Shown piece by piece: positions 8,999 to 17,806 of a stretch of 41,519 bases of DNA. The translations under genes and the position numbers were made by a program. The number at the start of each line of letters is the position of its first letter. Positions within the stretch are counted from its first letter, which is position 1. The DNA is taken from assembly GCA_946042285.1 (NCBI GenBank), contig CAMGDK010000001.1, positions 1 through 41,519 on the forward strand, read 5' to 3'. The notes beneath the pieces are model-generated. The model was not told the DNA's origin and searched no databases. It saw nothing but the letters and a program-made list of their open reading frames with translations. The stretch is from an uncultured Clostridia bacterium. Its GTDB lineage: Bacteria; Bacillota; Clostridia; Oscillospirales; Acutalibacteraceae.

Positions 8999-9926
8999 TG
9001 TTGACGAATGTGCAAGGCTTCTTAAGGAGCACGATAATATTTTGATATTGACTCACGCTCATCCGGATGGTGACACACTCGGCTGTGGCTTTGCACTTTG
9101 TCGTGCTCTTATGGAAATAGGTAAAATTTGCGCCGTAGTAAATTCGGACGAAATTCCAAAGAAGTACGACTATCTTTATAAAGATATTGCACCGATTACC
9201 TTTAAGCCGGAATATGTTGTTACAGTCGATGTAGCAACTCCGTCTCTTCTCGGTAAGTATGAAAATGAATATCATATTGACATGTGCATTGACCATCATG
9301 GCACAAATACAGAGTATTCGGATGTGTTACTGCTTGCCGATATGCCGGCAGCATGTCAGCTTATGTATGATGTAATATCGGCACTCGGCGTTGAAATCAA
9401 TAAGAATATTGCAAATTGTCTTTACACCGGTCTTTCTACGGACACCGGCTGCTTTAGATATGACTCAACAACCGCCGATACATTCAGGATTGCGGCTAAG
9501 CTTATCGATTGCGGTGCCGATAACGGTAAAATCAATCGTGCTATGTTTGAAACGAAGACAAAGACATACGCAAGACTTGAAAGGCTTGCGCTTGAGTCTA
9601 TGCGCTTTTATGAAAACGAAAAGGTTGCGGTTATTACTGTTACGCAGGAGATGTATCATCTCACCGGATCAAACGAGCAGGAGACAGAGGCTCTTGCTCC
9701 GCTTACAAGGCAGATTGAGGGCGTCGAGATCGGCATTACAATTCGTGAAAAGGAAGACGGCACCTGCAAGGCATCAATACGCACATTTGAAACCGTTAAT
9801 GCAGCAGAGCTTGCAAAATGCTTCGGCGGCGGCGGTCATGCACAGGCTGCGGCTTGTAAGTTCAATTGCACAGTGAAGGAAGCAAGAAGCCTTATTGTTG
9901 AAAGATGCAGGGAGATTCTTAAATGA
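8988..9926 (+). CDS. nrnA: DHH/DHHA1 phosphoesterase (NrnA nanoRNase/pAp phosphatase family)
   Basis: HAHPDGD, IDHH, TDTGCF, GGGGHAQAA motifs. Confidence 0.88.
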   Translation: MRISVDECARLLKEHDNILILTHAHPDGDTLGCGFALCRALMEIGKICAVVNSDEIPKKYDYLYKDIAPITFKPEYVVTVDVATPSLLGKYENEYHIDMCIDHHGTNTEYSDVLLLADMPAACQLMYDVISALGVEINKNIANCLYTGLSTDTGCFRYDSTTADTFRIAAKLIDCGADNGKINRAMFETKTKTYARLERLALESMRFYENEKVAVITVTQEMYHLTGSNEQETEALAPLTRQIEGVEIGITIREKEDGTCKASIRTFETVNAAELAKCFGGGGHAQAAACKFNCTVKEARSLIVERCREILK

Positions 9927-10831
9927 CGGGAATTATCTGCATAAATAAGGAAAAGGATATAACGTCGTTTGGTGTTGTTGCAAGGGTGAGAGGCATAACT
10001 CGAGAGAAAAAAGCCGGTCACACAGGTACTCTTGATCCAATGGCTACCGGTGTACTTCCGATTATGCTTGGCGGAGCTACAAGGTTCCTTGAATATTTGC
10101 CGGACAGTGATAAGGGCTACCGTGCAGGATTTTTGCTCGGCAAAACAACCGACACGCTTGATATTACCGGCACTGTAATGAGTGAGAAATCGGTCAACGC
10201 AGGTATTGACGATATCGAGAATGCTCTTAAAGGCTTTAGAGGAACGATTGAGCAGGTTCCCCCAATGTACTCTGCCGTAAGCGTTGACGGCAACAGGCTT
10301 TACGACCTTGCCAGAAGGGGTGAGGTTATTGAGCGTAAATCACGACAGGTTGAGATTAAAAGGCTTGAACTTTGCACAGAGCTTTGTGAGCCTGATAAAA
10401 ATGAGTATGTAATTGATGTCGTATGCTCAAAGGGGACTTATATAAGAACGCTTATTGACGACATCGGCACCGTGCTTGGATGCGGTGCGGTTATGACAGA
10501 GCTTGAGCGTACTCTTGCCATGGGATTTACTCTTGATGATTGCACAACTGTCAGTGAGCTTCAGTCAAGAAAGGATAACGAGCAGGGATTTGATGATTTG
10601 CTTGTCGATGTTGAAGAAATCCTTGCGCCATACGACAGTGTATTTGTGTCCGAAGCGCAGGCAAGGCGCTTTTCAAACGGCGGCGCTCTTGATTTGGGCA
10701 GGATTAGGAAAAAGCTTACCGACGGCATTTACAGGGTTTATTCTTCAAACGGTGTGTTTCTCGGCTTAGGCGAGTGCTGCTGCGAAAGGAATGAGCTTGG
10801 CGTAAAAAGACTATTAGTCAGACGAGATTAG
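9923..10831 (+). CDS. truB: tRNA pseudouridine(55) synthase
   Basis: GHTGTLDPMATGVL, PPMYSA, CSKGTYIRTL motifs. Confidence 0.98.
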   Translation: MTGIICINKEKDITSFGVVARVRGITREKKAGHTGTLDPMATGVLPIMLGGATRFLEYLPDSDKGYRAGFLLGKTTDTLDITGTVMSEKSVNAGIDDIENALKGFRGTIEQVPPMYSAVSVDGNRLYDLARRGEVIERKSRQVEIKRLELCTELCEPDKNEYVIDVVCSKGTYIRTLIDDIGTVLGCGAVMTELERTLAMGFTLDDCTTVSELQSRKDNEQGFDDLLVDVEEILAPYDSVFVSEAQARRFSNGGALDLGRIRKKLTDGIYRVYSSNGVFLGLGECCCERNELGVKRLLVRRD

Positions 10832-10834
10832 TTT

Positions 10835-11650
10835 ATGAGTATTATTGAAGATAAAAAAAGAAAAGCAGTTGCACTCGGCGATTTTGACGGTATGCATCGC
10901 GCTCACAAAACAGTAATAACCGGTGCGCAGGATGTTACAATTTATTCTGTAAACAATTCATTTTCGCTTTTGCAAAAAAGCATCTTTGAGGAGCGCTATC
11001 CAAACACCGTGTTTGCAGATTTTGATGAAATCAAGGATATGGATGGCGAGGAATTTATTAACAGTATTTTGATAGATAAGTTTCATGCCGGTGTTGTGCT
11101 TTGCGGATTTAATTTCAGGTTTGGCAAAAATGCAGGCTGGTCTGCGCTTGATATGAGAAAATATCTTGAGAAAAAGGATGTTTGGGTTAGAATACTCGAA
11201 CACCTCGACTTTGAAGATATGCCTATTTCATCAACAAGAATCAGGACAGAGGTTGCATCGGGCAATATTCAAAAGGCAAACGAAATGCTCGGATACAATT
11301 TTACCTTTGAATCACCTGTTATTGAGGGCGACAAAAGAGGCAGAACTATCGGCTTCCCGACTGTTAACCAGCATCTGCCAAAGGGACTTGTTGTGCCGAA
11401 ATACGGTGTTTATGAAAGCAGGGCGTTTATTAACGGCAAGGAGTATAAGGCGTTTACAAATATCGGTGTCAGACCGACATGGAGAGTCGATACTCCGCTT
11501 TCGGAGACTCACATATTCGATTACAACGGTGACCTTTACGGTCAGGTGCTTAGAATTGAGCTTGTTAGGTACTTAAGAGAAGAAAAGGAATTTTCATCAG
11601 TTGATGAATTGAAGAAGCAGTTAGATTATGATAAAAGCAGTATTATTTGA
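10835..11650 (+). CDS. ribF: Riboflavin kinase / FMN adenylyltransferase with shortened N-terminal domain
   Basis: GDFDGMH, FRFG, ISSTRIR, GRTIGFPTVN, NIGVRPT, ETHIFDY; follows truB. Confidence 0.9.
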   Translation: MSIIEDKKRKAVALGDFDGMHRAHKTVITGAQDVTIYSVNNSFSLLQKSIFEERYPNTVFADFDEIKDMDGEEFINSILIDKFHAGVVLCGFNFRFGKNAGWSALDMRKYLEKKDVWVRILEHLDFEDMPISSTRIRTEVASGNIQKANEMLGYNFTFESPVIEGDKRGRTIGFPTVNQHLPKGLVVPKYGVYESRAFINGKEYKAFTNIGVRPTWRVDTPLSETHIFDYNGDLYGQVLRIELVRYLREEKEFSSVDELKKQLDYDKSSII

Positions 11651-12308
11651 TTTTGACGAAACTCTTCAGGACAGAACCGAAGCGTTTGAAAAATATATGG
11701 ACACCTTCTTTTCGGAGTTCTTTCCTGAATTGAATGGCGATGAGCTCGAAAAAAGAAAAGAGGAAATGCGCATAACGGGCAACGGCGGATATGTTCTTCA
11801 TAACGGATATGCCTCTCGAGACGAATGGTACGAGGATTTGGCAAAGCGTTGGAATTGGAAGGATGCTCCGTCGGGTGAGGAGTTAACCTTGCATTACGAT
11901 AAAAAATTCGGCGACCACAACGTGATTTTTCCAAATTCCGAGAAATTACTCAAGGAGCTTAAAAGCAGAGGATATATCACAGGCGTTATCACAAACGGAC
12001 CGTCAATGCTTCAAAATCATAAGATGGATACAAGCGGACTTCGACCGTATTGCGATATTGTTGTCGTGAGCGGTGACGTCGGTGTTCATAAGCCGGATCC
12101 GCAGCTGTTTGTTTACACTGCCGAAAAGCTTGGACTTCCGACAGGCGAATGTGCCTATGTCGGTGACCATCCAATCAATGATATTCAGGGCGCACTCGAA
12201 GCAGGTATGAAGGCAATTAGGATGAATCACGGCTGGTTTAAAGACCAGGATTTGAGAGAAGATGTGCCTGTAATTGAAGATATTATTGATGTTTTAAAAT
12301 ATGTATAA
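11628..12308 (+). CDS. HAD-superfamily hydrolase (subfamily IA)
   Basis: FDFDETL, ITNG, KPD, VGDHPINDI motifs. Confidence 0.9.
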   Translation: MIKAVLFDFDETLQDRTEAFEKYMDTFFSEFFPELNGDELEKRKEEMRITGNGGYVLHNGYASRDEWYEDLAKRWNWKDAPSGEELTLHYDKKFGDHNVIFPNSEKLLKELKSRGYITGVITNGPSMLQNHKMDTSGLRPYCDIVVVSGDVGVHKPDPQLFVYTAEKLGLPTGECAYVGDHPINDIQGALEAGMKAIRMNHGWFKDQDLREDVPVIEDIIDVLKYV

Positions 12309-12337
12309 AAGATAAAATGTCCTTGCTAAACTTTTTC

Positions 12338-12366
12338 TTGACATAGTAAGGGCTTTTTGTTATAAT
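12338..12366 (+). promoter_or_regulatory. Consensus sigma-A promoter of rpsF-ssb-rpsR
   Basis: TTGACA-17 bp-TATAAT with extended -10 TG. Confidence 0.9.
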
Positions 12367-12392
12367 ATCAAAGCCTTGACAAGTCAAGGTAA

Positions 12393-12438
12393 TCCTTGTC
12401 TGTACAAAAGGTACAGACCATAATGTCCAAAAGGAGGT
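12393..12438 (+). ncRNA. S6:S18 ribosomal protein leader (autoregulatory RNA)
   Basis: TCCTT can pair with AAGGA of the SD sequence; inner stem GTCTGTAC/GTACAGAC; directly upstream of rpsF. Confidence 0.6.
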
Positions 12439-12446
12439 GCTAAAGA

Positions 12447-12737
12447 ATGGCATTAAGAAATTACGAAATCGTATTAGTTTTCTCTGTTGCTAACGGAGAC
12501 GAGGCTGTTGAAGGTCTTAAGAAGAAGTTTACTGATCTCATCAGCAAGAATGGCACTCTTGGCGAAGTTGAAGAGTGGGGCAAGCGTAAGCTCGCATATC
12601 CAATCAACTACGAAAAGGAAGGCTATTACATCGTTGTAAACTTCACCTGCGACGAAGATTTCCCTGCAGAGCTTGACCGTGTAATTAACATTACAGACGG
12701 CGTTCTTCGTTCAATGATCGTTGCTAAAGGCGAGTAA
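12447..12737 (+). CDS. rpsF: 30S ribosomal protein S6
   Basis: RNYE, WGKRKLAYPI, GYY motifs. Confidence 0.98.
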   Translation: MALRNYEIVLVFSVANGDEAVEGLKKKFTDLISKNGTLGEVEEWGKRKLAYPINYEKEGYYIVVNFTCDEDFPAELDRVINITDGVLRSMIVAKGE

Positions 12738-12752
12738 TCGGAGGGATAACTT

Positions 12753-13184
12753 ATGATCAATATGGTTGCACTTATGGGCAGACTCACTTATGATCCTGAG
12801 CTTCGTACAACTCCTCAAGGTACTTCTGTAATTCGCTTTCAGGTTGCTTGTGACAGGAATTTCCAAAAAGCAGGTGCTGAAAGACAGGCAGATTTCATTG
12901 ACTGTGTTGCATGGAGGCAGACAGCGGAGTTCATCTCACGCTATTTTCATAAGGGCTCAATGATTGCCGTTGAGGGTACAATTCAAACAAGTAATTATAC
13001 CGACAAGGACGGCAATAACAGAAAGCAGGTAGAGGTTCTTGCCAACAATGTATCCTTCTGCGGCTCAAAGGCAGAGAGCGGTACTGTAAATCCTGCATTC
13101 ACACAGCCTGCACCAAGCTATGCAAGTGCTGACAATTCTGATTTTGAAGAGATTGTCGATGACGACGATGATTTACCATTTTAA
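12753..13184 (+). CDS. ssb: Single-stranded DNA-binding protein
   Basis: GRLTYDPELR, ADFIDCVAW, C-terminal DDDLPF. Confidence 0.98.
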   Translation: MINMVALMGRLTYDPELRTTPQGTSVIRFQVACDRNFQKAGAERQADFIDCVAWRQTAEFISRYFHKGSMIAVEGTIQTSNYTDKDGNNRKQVEVLANNVSFCGSKAESGTVNPAFTQPAPSYASADNSDFEEIVDDDDDLPF

Positions 13185-13199
13185 AGGAGGAAACTAACT

Positions 13200-13445
13200 A
13201 TGGCATATAGTAATAATAGAGCCGGCGGCCCTCGCAAAGGTCGCAAAAAGGTTTGCGTTTTCTGTGTAGAAAAGGTTGAGGAAATCGACTACAAGGATAT
13301 TACAAGACTTAAGAGATTTGTTTCAGAAAGAGCAAAGATTCTCCCACGCCGTGTAACAGGTACTTGTGCAAAGCATCAGAGAGAGCTTACCACAGCTATT
13401 AAGAGAGCAAGACATGTAGCTCTTCTCCCTTACACAGCAGACTAA
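13200..13445 (+). CDS. rpsR: 30S ribosomal protein S18 (Zn-binding form)
   Basis: [25 protein letters not shown] motifs. Confidence 0.99.
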   Translation: MAYSNNRAGGPRKGRKKVCVFCVEKVEEIDYKDITRLKRFVSERAKILPRRVTGTCAKHQRELTTAIKRARHVALLPYTAD

Positions 13446-13452
13446 TAATATT

Positions 13453-13486
13453 AAAGCTGATTCGCTATTGCGAATCAGCTTTTTTT
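13453..13486. terminator. Intrinsic terminator between convergent rpsR and the DUF523 gene
   Basis: AAAGCTGATTCGC-TATT-GCGAATCAGCTTTTTTT. Confidence 0.9.
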
Positions 13487-13489
13487 GTC

Positions 13490-13942
13490 TTATTCTTCAA
13501 TTTGATTTAATTCATCAATCAGCTTATCTACCTGACCTTCACCGAAAATTCTTATTCCGTGTTCGTAGAATAGCTGAGCGGTAATTCCGTTGCCGTTTGT
13601 AAGTGCACCGCTGAAGGTGCCGTCATAAATTGTGCCGAAGCCGCAGCTTGGACTGCGCTCTTTAAGAATCGCAAATTGACACGCGTTTTCCTCTGCAACA
13701 TAAAGTGCTTTTTCTGCACCGTCTGCAAATTCCTTGCTTAAGTCAACTCCGTCCTTAGAGTAAACCTTGCCGTCCTTGATTTCACTCGGCACTCTCGGTA
13801 TGGGTAATCCTGCAAAGCATTCGGGGCAAATCGGTATCAGCTTGTACCTATCTCCCAATGCAAGCACATCCTCGTTTTTGTTGTTGCCTGCGTTGTATTT
13901 GCAGTTTTCGCCGAGAAGACATGCACTGACTGCTATTTTCAT
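13490..13942 (-). CDS. DUF523 / TudS-family (thiouracil desulfidase-like) Fe-S protein
   Basis: VSACLLGENCKY, ICPE, LPIPR, KERSPSCG, GNGITA motifs. Confidence 0.88.
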   Translation of the reverse strand: MKIAVSACLLGENCKYNAGNNKNEDVLALGDRYKLIPICPECFAGLPIPRVPSEIKDGKVYSKDGVDLSKEFADGAEKALYVAEENACQFAILKERSPSCGFGTIYDGTFSGALTNGNGITAQLFYEHGIRIFGEGQVDKLIDELNQIEE

Positions 13943-14127
13943 TTTCCTCTCCTCCTGCTTATCAAAACAAAAATCGTAATTATAAAAATGATGAGTATTA
14001 CGGCAAAGAATAAAGAAAGCCCTCTGCCGACAAACGGAATGTGTGACGATATACCGATAAATCCTATGATAATCAACATTCCCGTAACAAAAAGTAAAAT
14101 TATAAGTGCGATTTTTTTGTTGCTCAT
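13939..14127 (-). CDS. Small two-helix membrane protein, 62 aa, function unknown
   Basis: AAGGTGA RBS before ATG 14127; two hydrophobic segments with basic termini; ATGA overlap with the DUF523 gene. Confidence 0.6.
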   Translation of the reverse strand: MSNKKIALIILLFVTGMLIIIGFIGISSHIPFVGRGLSLFFAVILIIFIITIFVLISRRRGK

Positions 14128-14293
14128 ATTATCACCTTGCTTAATTTTAACACAAAGCCGCAAAATAGTCTATATAAAAATACATCTAAAAAATTGTAAA
14201 ATATTAAAATTTGGTGTCAAAATCAAAATGAATGTTGCATATTTTGCTCTTATGTAATAATATATATGTAACTTAAAATGGTGGTATAGTATT

Positions 14294-14872
14294 ATGGACT
14301 TGTTGAAAGAGAAAATTCTTCGCGAGGGAGAAGTCTATGAGGGCAACATCCTTAAGGTTGACGGCTTCTTAAATCACAGAATAGATGTTCCTTTTATGCG
14401 CAAGGTAGGGCAGGAATTTCACAGATTGTTTAAGGACTACGGAGTAAACAAGATTTTAACAATCGAGGCTTCGGGTATTGCAATCGGCGCTCTTGTCGCA
14501 CAGGAATTTGATTGTCCGCTTGTTTTTGCGAAAAAAACTAAGACGAAGAATATCGCCGGTGATGTATATACATCGAAGGTAGAGTCGTTTACTCACGGAA
14601 CAACCTATGACATTATCGTGTCAAAGCGTTTTCTTGATGAAAATGACAGGGTGCTTATCGTTGATGATTTCCTTGCTATCGGTAATGCGCTCAACGGGCT
14701 TATTGATTTAGTAAACGATAGCGGTGCCACACTTGTCGGCTGCGGCGTAGTCATTGAAAAGGGCTTTCAGCACGGAGGGGACAAGCTTCGCGAGAGCGGT
14801 ATTAAGGTAGAGTCGCTCGCTATTGTAGAGAGTATGGACCACGAAACAGGCACGGTTAGCTTTAGAGAATGA
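14294..14872 (+). CDS. xpt: Xanthine phosphoribosyltransferase
   Basis: LKVDGFLNH, TIEASGI, VESFTH, IVDDFLAIG, VIEKGFQ motifs. Confidence 0.95.
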   Translation: MDLLKEKILREGEVYEGNILKVDGFLNHRIDVPFMRKVGQEFHRLFKDYGVNKILTIEASGIAIGALVAQEFDCPLVFAKKTKTKNIAGDVYTSKVESFTHGTTYDIIVSKRFLDENDRVLIVDDFLAIGNALNGLIDLVNDSGATLVGCGVVIEKGFQHGGDKLRESGIKVESLAIVESMDHETGTVSFRE

Positions 14873-14942
14873 GCTAACGCAAAAACGGTTATTAGGCACT
14901 TTGCCTTTTAATAAAGAACATATTTCTATGGAGGAAAGAAAA

Positions 14943-16193
14943 ATGAAACTTTCAAAGAAAATTGTTGCTGTTCTTCTTGCTATTCTTGTTGTAGCAGCTT
15001 GCTTTGCAGGTTGTTCATCAAAGGATAACGGTGAAACAACTGCACCTGCAGGAGATTCAGCACAGACACAGGCTGTTACCGATGTAAAGGTTGGCTTCAT
15101 CTTCTTACATGATGAAAACTCAACATACGACCTTAACTTCATCAACGCAGCTAAGGAAGCTTGCAAAAATCTTGGCATTCCTGACGAGAACGTAATCATG
15201 AAAACAAACATTCCTGAGAATGAGCAGTGCTACGAGGCTGCTGCTGACCTTGTTGATCAGGGCTGTGAGTTCGTATTCGCTGACAGCTTCAGCCACGAGG
15301 ATTACTTAATTCAGGCTGCTAAGGAATTCCCTGAGGTTCAGTTCTGCCATGCTACCGGAACAAAGGCTCACACAGAGATGCTTGATAACTTCCACAATGC
15401 ATTTGCTTCAATCTATGAGGGCAGATACCTTGCAGGTGTTGCTGCAGGCATGAAGCTCAACGAGATGATCGAGGCAGGCGACATCAAGGCTGAAGAGGCT
15501 AAGATGGGCTATGTAGGTGCATATACTTACGCTGAGGTTATTTCAGGCTACACATCATTCTTCCTTGGTGCAAAGAGCGTTTGCCCAACAGTTACTATGG
15601 AAGTATCATTCACAGGCTCATGGTATGACGAGACTGCAGAGAAGGAAGCTGCTACAAAGCTTATCAACAACGGTTGCGTACTTATCAGTCAGCATGCTGA
15701 CTCAATGGGTGCTCCGACTGCTTGTGAGAACGCAGGCGTTCCTAACATCTCATACAACGGCTCAACAGTTTCTGCTTGTCCAAACACATTCATCGTTTCT
15801 TCAAGAATTAACTGGGCTCCATACTTTGAGTATGCAATCAAGGCTACTGCTGCCGGTGAGGCTATCGACGCTGACTGGACAGGTACTCTTGCAACAGGCT
15901 CAGTTGAGCTTACAGAGGTAAATGCTCAGGCTGCTGCTGAGGGCACACAGGAGGCTATCGACGCTGCAAAGGCTGATCTTGAGGCAGGCAAGATTCATGT
16001 ATTTGATACTGCTAACTTCACAGTTGAAGGCAAGACTCTTGACACATATCAGGCTGACATTGATACAGATCCTGAGTTCAAGGGTGACACAGAGGTAATC
16101 TCTGACGGTTACTTCCACGAGTCAGAGTATCGTTCAGCTCCTGCTTTCGATGTTCAGATTGACGGTATTGAGCTTCTTAATACTGCTTTCTAA
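14943..16193 (+). CDS. BMP-family lipoprotein, substrate-binding component of a nucleoside ABC transporter
   Basis: Lipobox FAGC; YEGRYLAGVAAG, TGSWYD, SQHADS motifs; start adjusted to ATG 14943 after GGAGG. Confidence 0.9.
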   Translation: MKLSKKIVAVLLAILVVAACFAGCSSKDNGETTAPAGDSAQTQAVTDVKVGFIFLHDENSTYDLNFINAAKEACKNLGIPDENVIMKTNIPENEQCYEAAADLVDQGCEFVFADSFSHEDYLIQAAKEFPEVQFCHATGTKAHTEMLDNFHNAFASIYEGRYLAGVAAGMKLNEMIEAGDIKAEEAKMGYVGAYTYAEVISGYTSFFLGAKSVCPTVTMEVSFTGSWYDETAEKEAATKLINNGCVLISQHADSMGAPTACENAGVPNISYNGSTVSACPNTFIVSSRINWAPYFEYAIKATAAGEAIDADWTGTLATGSVELTEVNAQAAAEGTQEAIDAAKADLEAGKIHVFDTANFTVEGKTLDTYQADIDTDPEFKGDTEVISDGYFHESEYRSAPAFDVQIDGIELLNTAF

Positions 16194-16210
16194 ATTTATT
16201 TAGGTAAAAT

Positions 16211-16242
16211 CCGTGGCCATACAGCTTTTTGTATGGTCACGG
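16211..16242 (+). other. Intercistronic hairpin after the binding-protein gene (possible mRNA stabiliser or partial terminator)
   Basis: CCGTGGCCATAC-8 nt-GTATGGTCACGG without a U tract. Confidence 0.6.
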
Positions 16243-16267
16243 TAATTATGTTTTATGGAGGAAAATA

Positions 16268-17806
16268 ATGAGCGACACATTAGCACTCGAGCTTAAAGGC
16301 ATTACTAAAACCTTTGGTAAAAAGGTTGTTGCCAATAAAGATGTTGACCTTCAAGTTAAAAAGGGCGAAATCCTCGCAGTCTTGGGCGAAAACGGTAGCG
16401 GTAAGACAACCTTGATGAACATGGTATCGGGTATATATTTTCCTGATGAGGGAGCTATTTTTGTTGACGGTAAAGAGGTTGTAATCGGCTCACCGAAGGA
16501 TGCATTCAAGTATAGAATCGGTATGATACATCAGCATTTCAAGCTTGTTGATGTTTTTACTGCTACACAAAATATCGTTTTGGGTATTAAAGACGGAAAA
16601 AAGTTTAATCTCAAAAAAGCAGAGCAAAAAATAAAAGAAATAACGGATAAATACGGTTTTGCAGTTGACTTAAATAAGAGAATTTACGAGATGTCTGTTT
16701 CGGAAAAGCAGACTGTTGAAATTATCAAGGTGTTGTATAGAGGTGCGGACATTCTTATTCTTGATGAGCCTACCGCTGTTTTAACACCGCAGGAAACAAG
16801 AAAATTATTCGACATTCTCCGCAAAATGCGCGAGGATAACAAGTCGATTATCATAATAACTCATAAGCTTCATGAGGTGCTTGATATTTCCGACAGAGTA
16901 GCCGTATTAAGAAAGGGCGAAAATGTCGGTGTAATCAACACAAGCGAAGCTAACGAATCTATTTTGACAGAGCTAATGGTCGGCGCAAAGGTTGAGTTAA
17001 ATATAGACCGTAAGACTCCTAAAAATCCAAGGGAAACACTTGTTATTAAGAACCTTACCGTTAAGGGTGCAGATGGCAAAAATGCGCTTGAGGACATTAA
17101 CTTTACAGTCAACAGCGGTGAGATTTTAGGCATTGCAGGTATTTCGGGATGCGGTCAAAAGGAGCTTCTTGAGGCTATTGCAGGCTTGCAGACAGCGGCA
17201 AAGGGCTCAAGCATATTGTATATGCCGGACGAAAATACTGTTACCGAATTGGTTGGCAAAACGCCGAAGCAAATTCGTAATATGGGTATCGCCTTGTCGT
17301 TCGTGCCTGAGGACAGACTCGGAATGGGACTTGTCGGCAACATGGATATTGTTGACAATATGATGCTTCGCTCGTATAAAAAGGGAAGCACACCGTTCCT
17401 TGAAAAGAAAAATCCAAGCGAGCTTGCAAATACAATTATTAAGGAATTAGAGGTTGTAACACCAAGTGCATCAACTCCTGTAAGACGCTTATCGGGCGGT
17501 AACGTTCAAAAGGTGCTTGTCGGCAGAGAGATTGCACTTCATCCAAAGGTGCTTATGGCGGCATATCCGGTTAGAGGCTTGGACATTAACTCTTCTTACA
17601 CAATTTATAACCTTTTGAATTCTCAAAAGGAGTCCGGCGTTGCTGTTATATTTGTCGGCGAGGATTTGGATGTATTGATTGAATTGTGTGACAGAATTAT
17701 GGTTATTAACTCCGGCAAAATTACCGGAATCGTTGACGGCAGAGAGGCTGTTAAAGAAAACTTAGGTCTTTTGATGACAAAGAGTGTTGAAAAGGAGGAT
17801 GCATAA
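16268..17806 (+). CDS. Nucleoside/sugar (CUT2) ABC transporter ATP-binding protein with tandem NBDs
   Basis: GENGSGKTT, ILDEPTAVL, VPEDR, LSGGNVQK; start adjusted to ATG 16268. Confidence 0.93.
   Translation: MSDTLALELKGITKTFGKKVVANKDVDLQVKKGEILAVLGENGSGKTTLMNMVSGIYFPDEGAIFVDGKEVVIGSPKDAFKYRIGMIHQHFKLVDVFTATQNIVLGIKDGKKFNLKKAEQKIKEITDKYGFAVDLNKRIYEMSVSEKQTVEIIKVLYRGADILILDEPTAVLTPQETRKLFDILRKMREDNKSIIIITHKLHEVLDISDRVAVLRKGENVGVINTSEANESILTELMVGAKVELNIDRKTPKNPRETLVIKNLTVKGADGKNALEDINFTVNSGEILGIAGISGCGQKELLEAIAGLQTAAKGSSILYMPDENTVTELVGKTPKQIRNMGIALSFVPEDRLGMGLVGNMDIVDNMMLRSYKKGSTPFLEKKNPSELANTIIKELEVVTPSASTPVRRLSGGNVQKVLVGREIALHPKVLMAAYPVRGLDINSSYTIYNLLNSQKESGVAVIFVGEDLDVLIELCDRIMVINSGKITGIVDGREAVKENLGLLMTKSVEKEDA

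Noticed and set aside
13988-14257. 89-aa plus-strand ORF
   Set aside because: Antisense to the better-supported small membrane protein and runs through the promoter region.
14160-14293. Purine riboswitch upstream of xpt
   Set aside because: AT-rich region with no aptamer core or stems; a putative promoter (TTGCAT-17 bp-TAATAT) lies close to the ATG.
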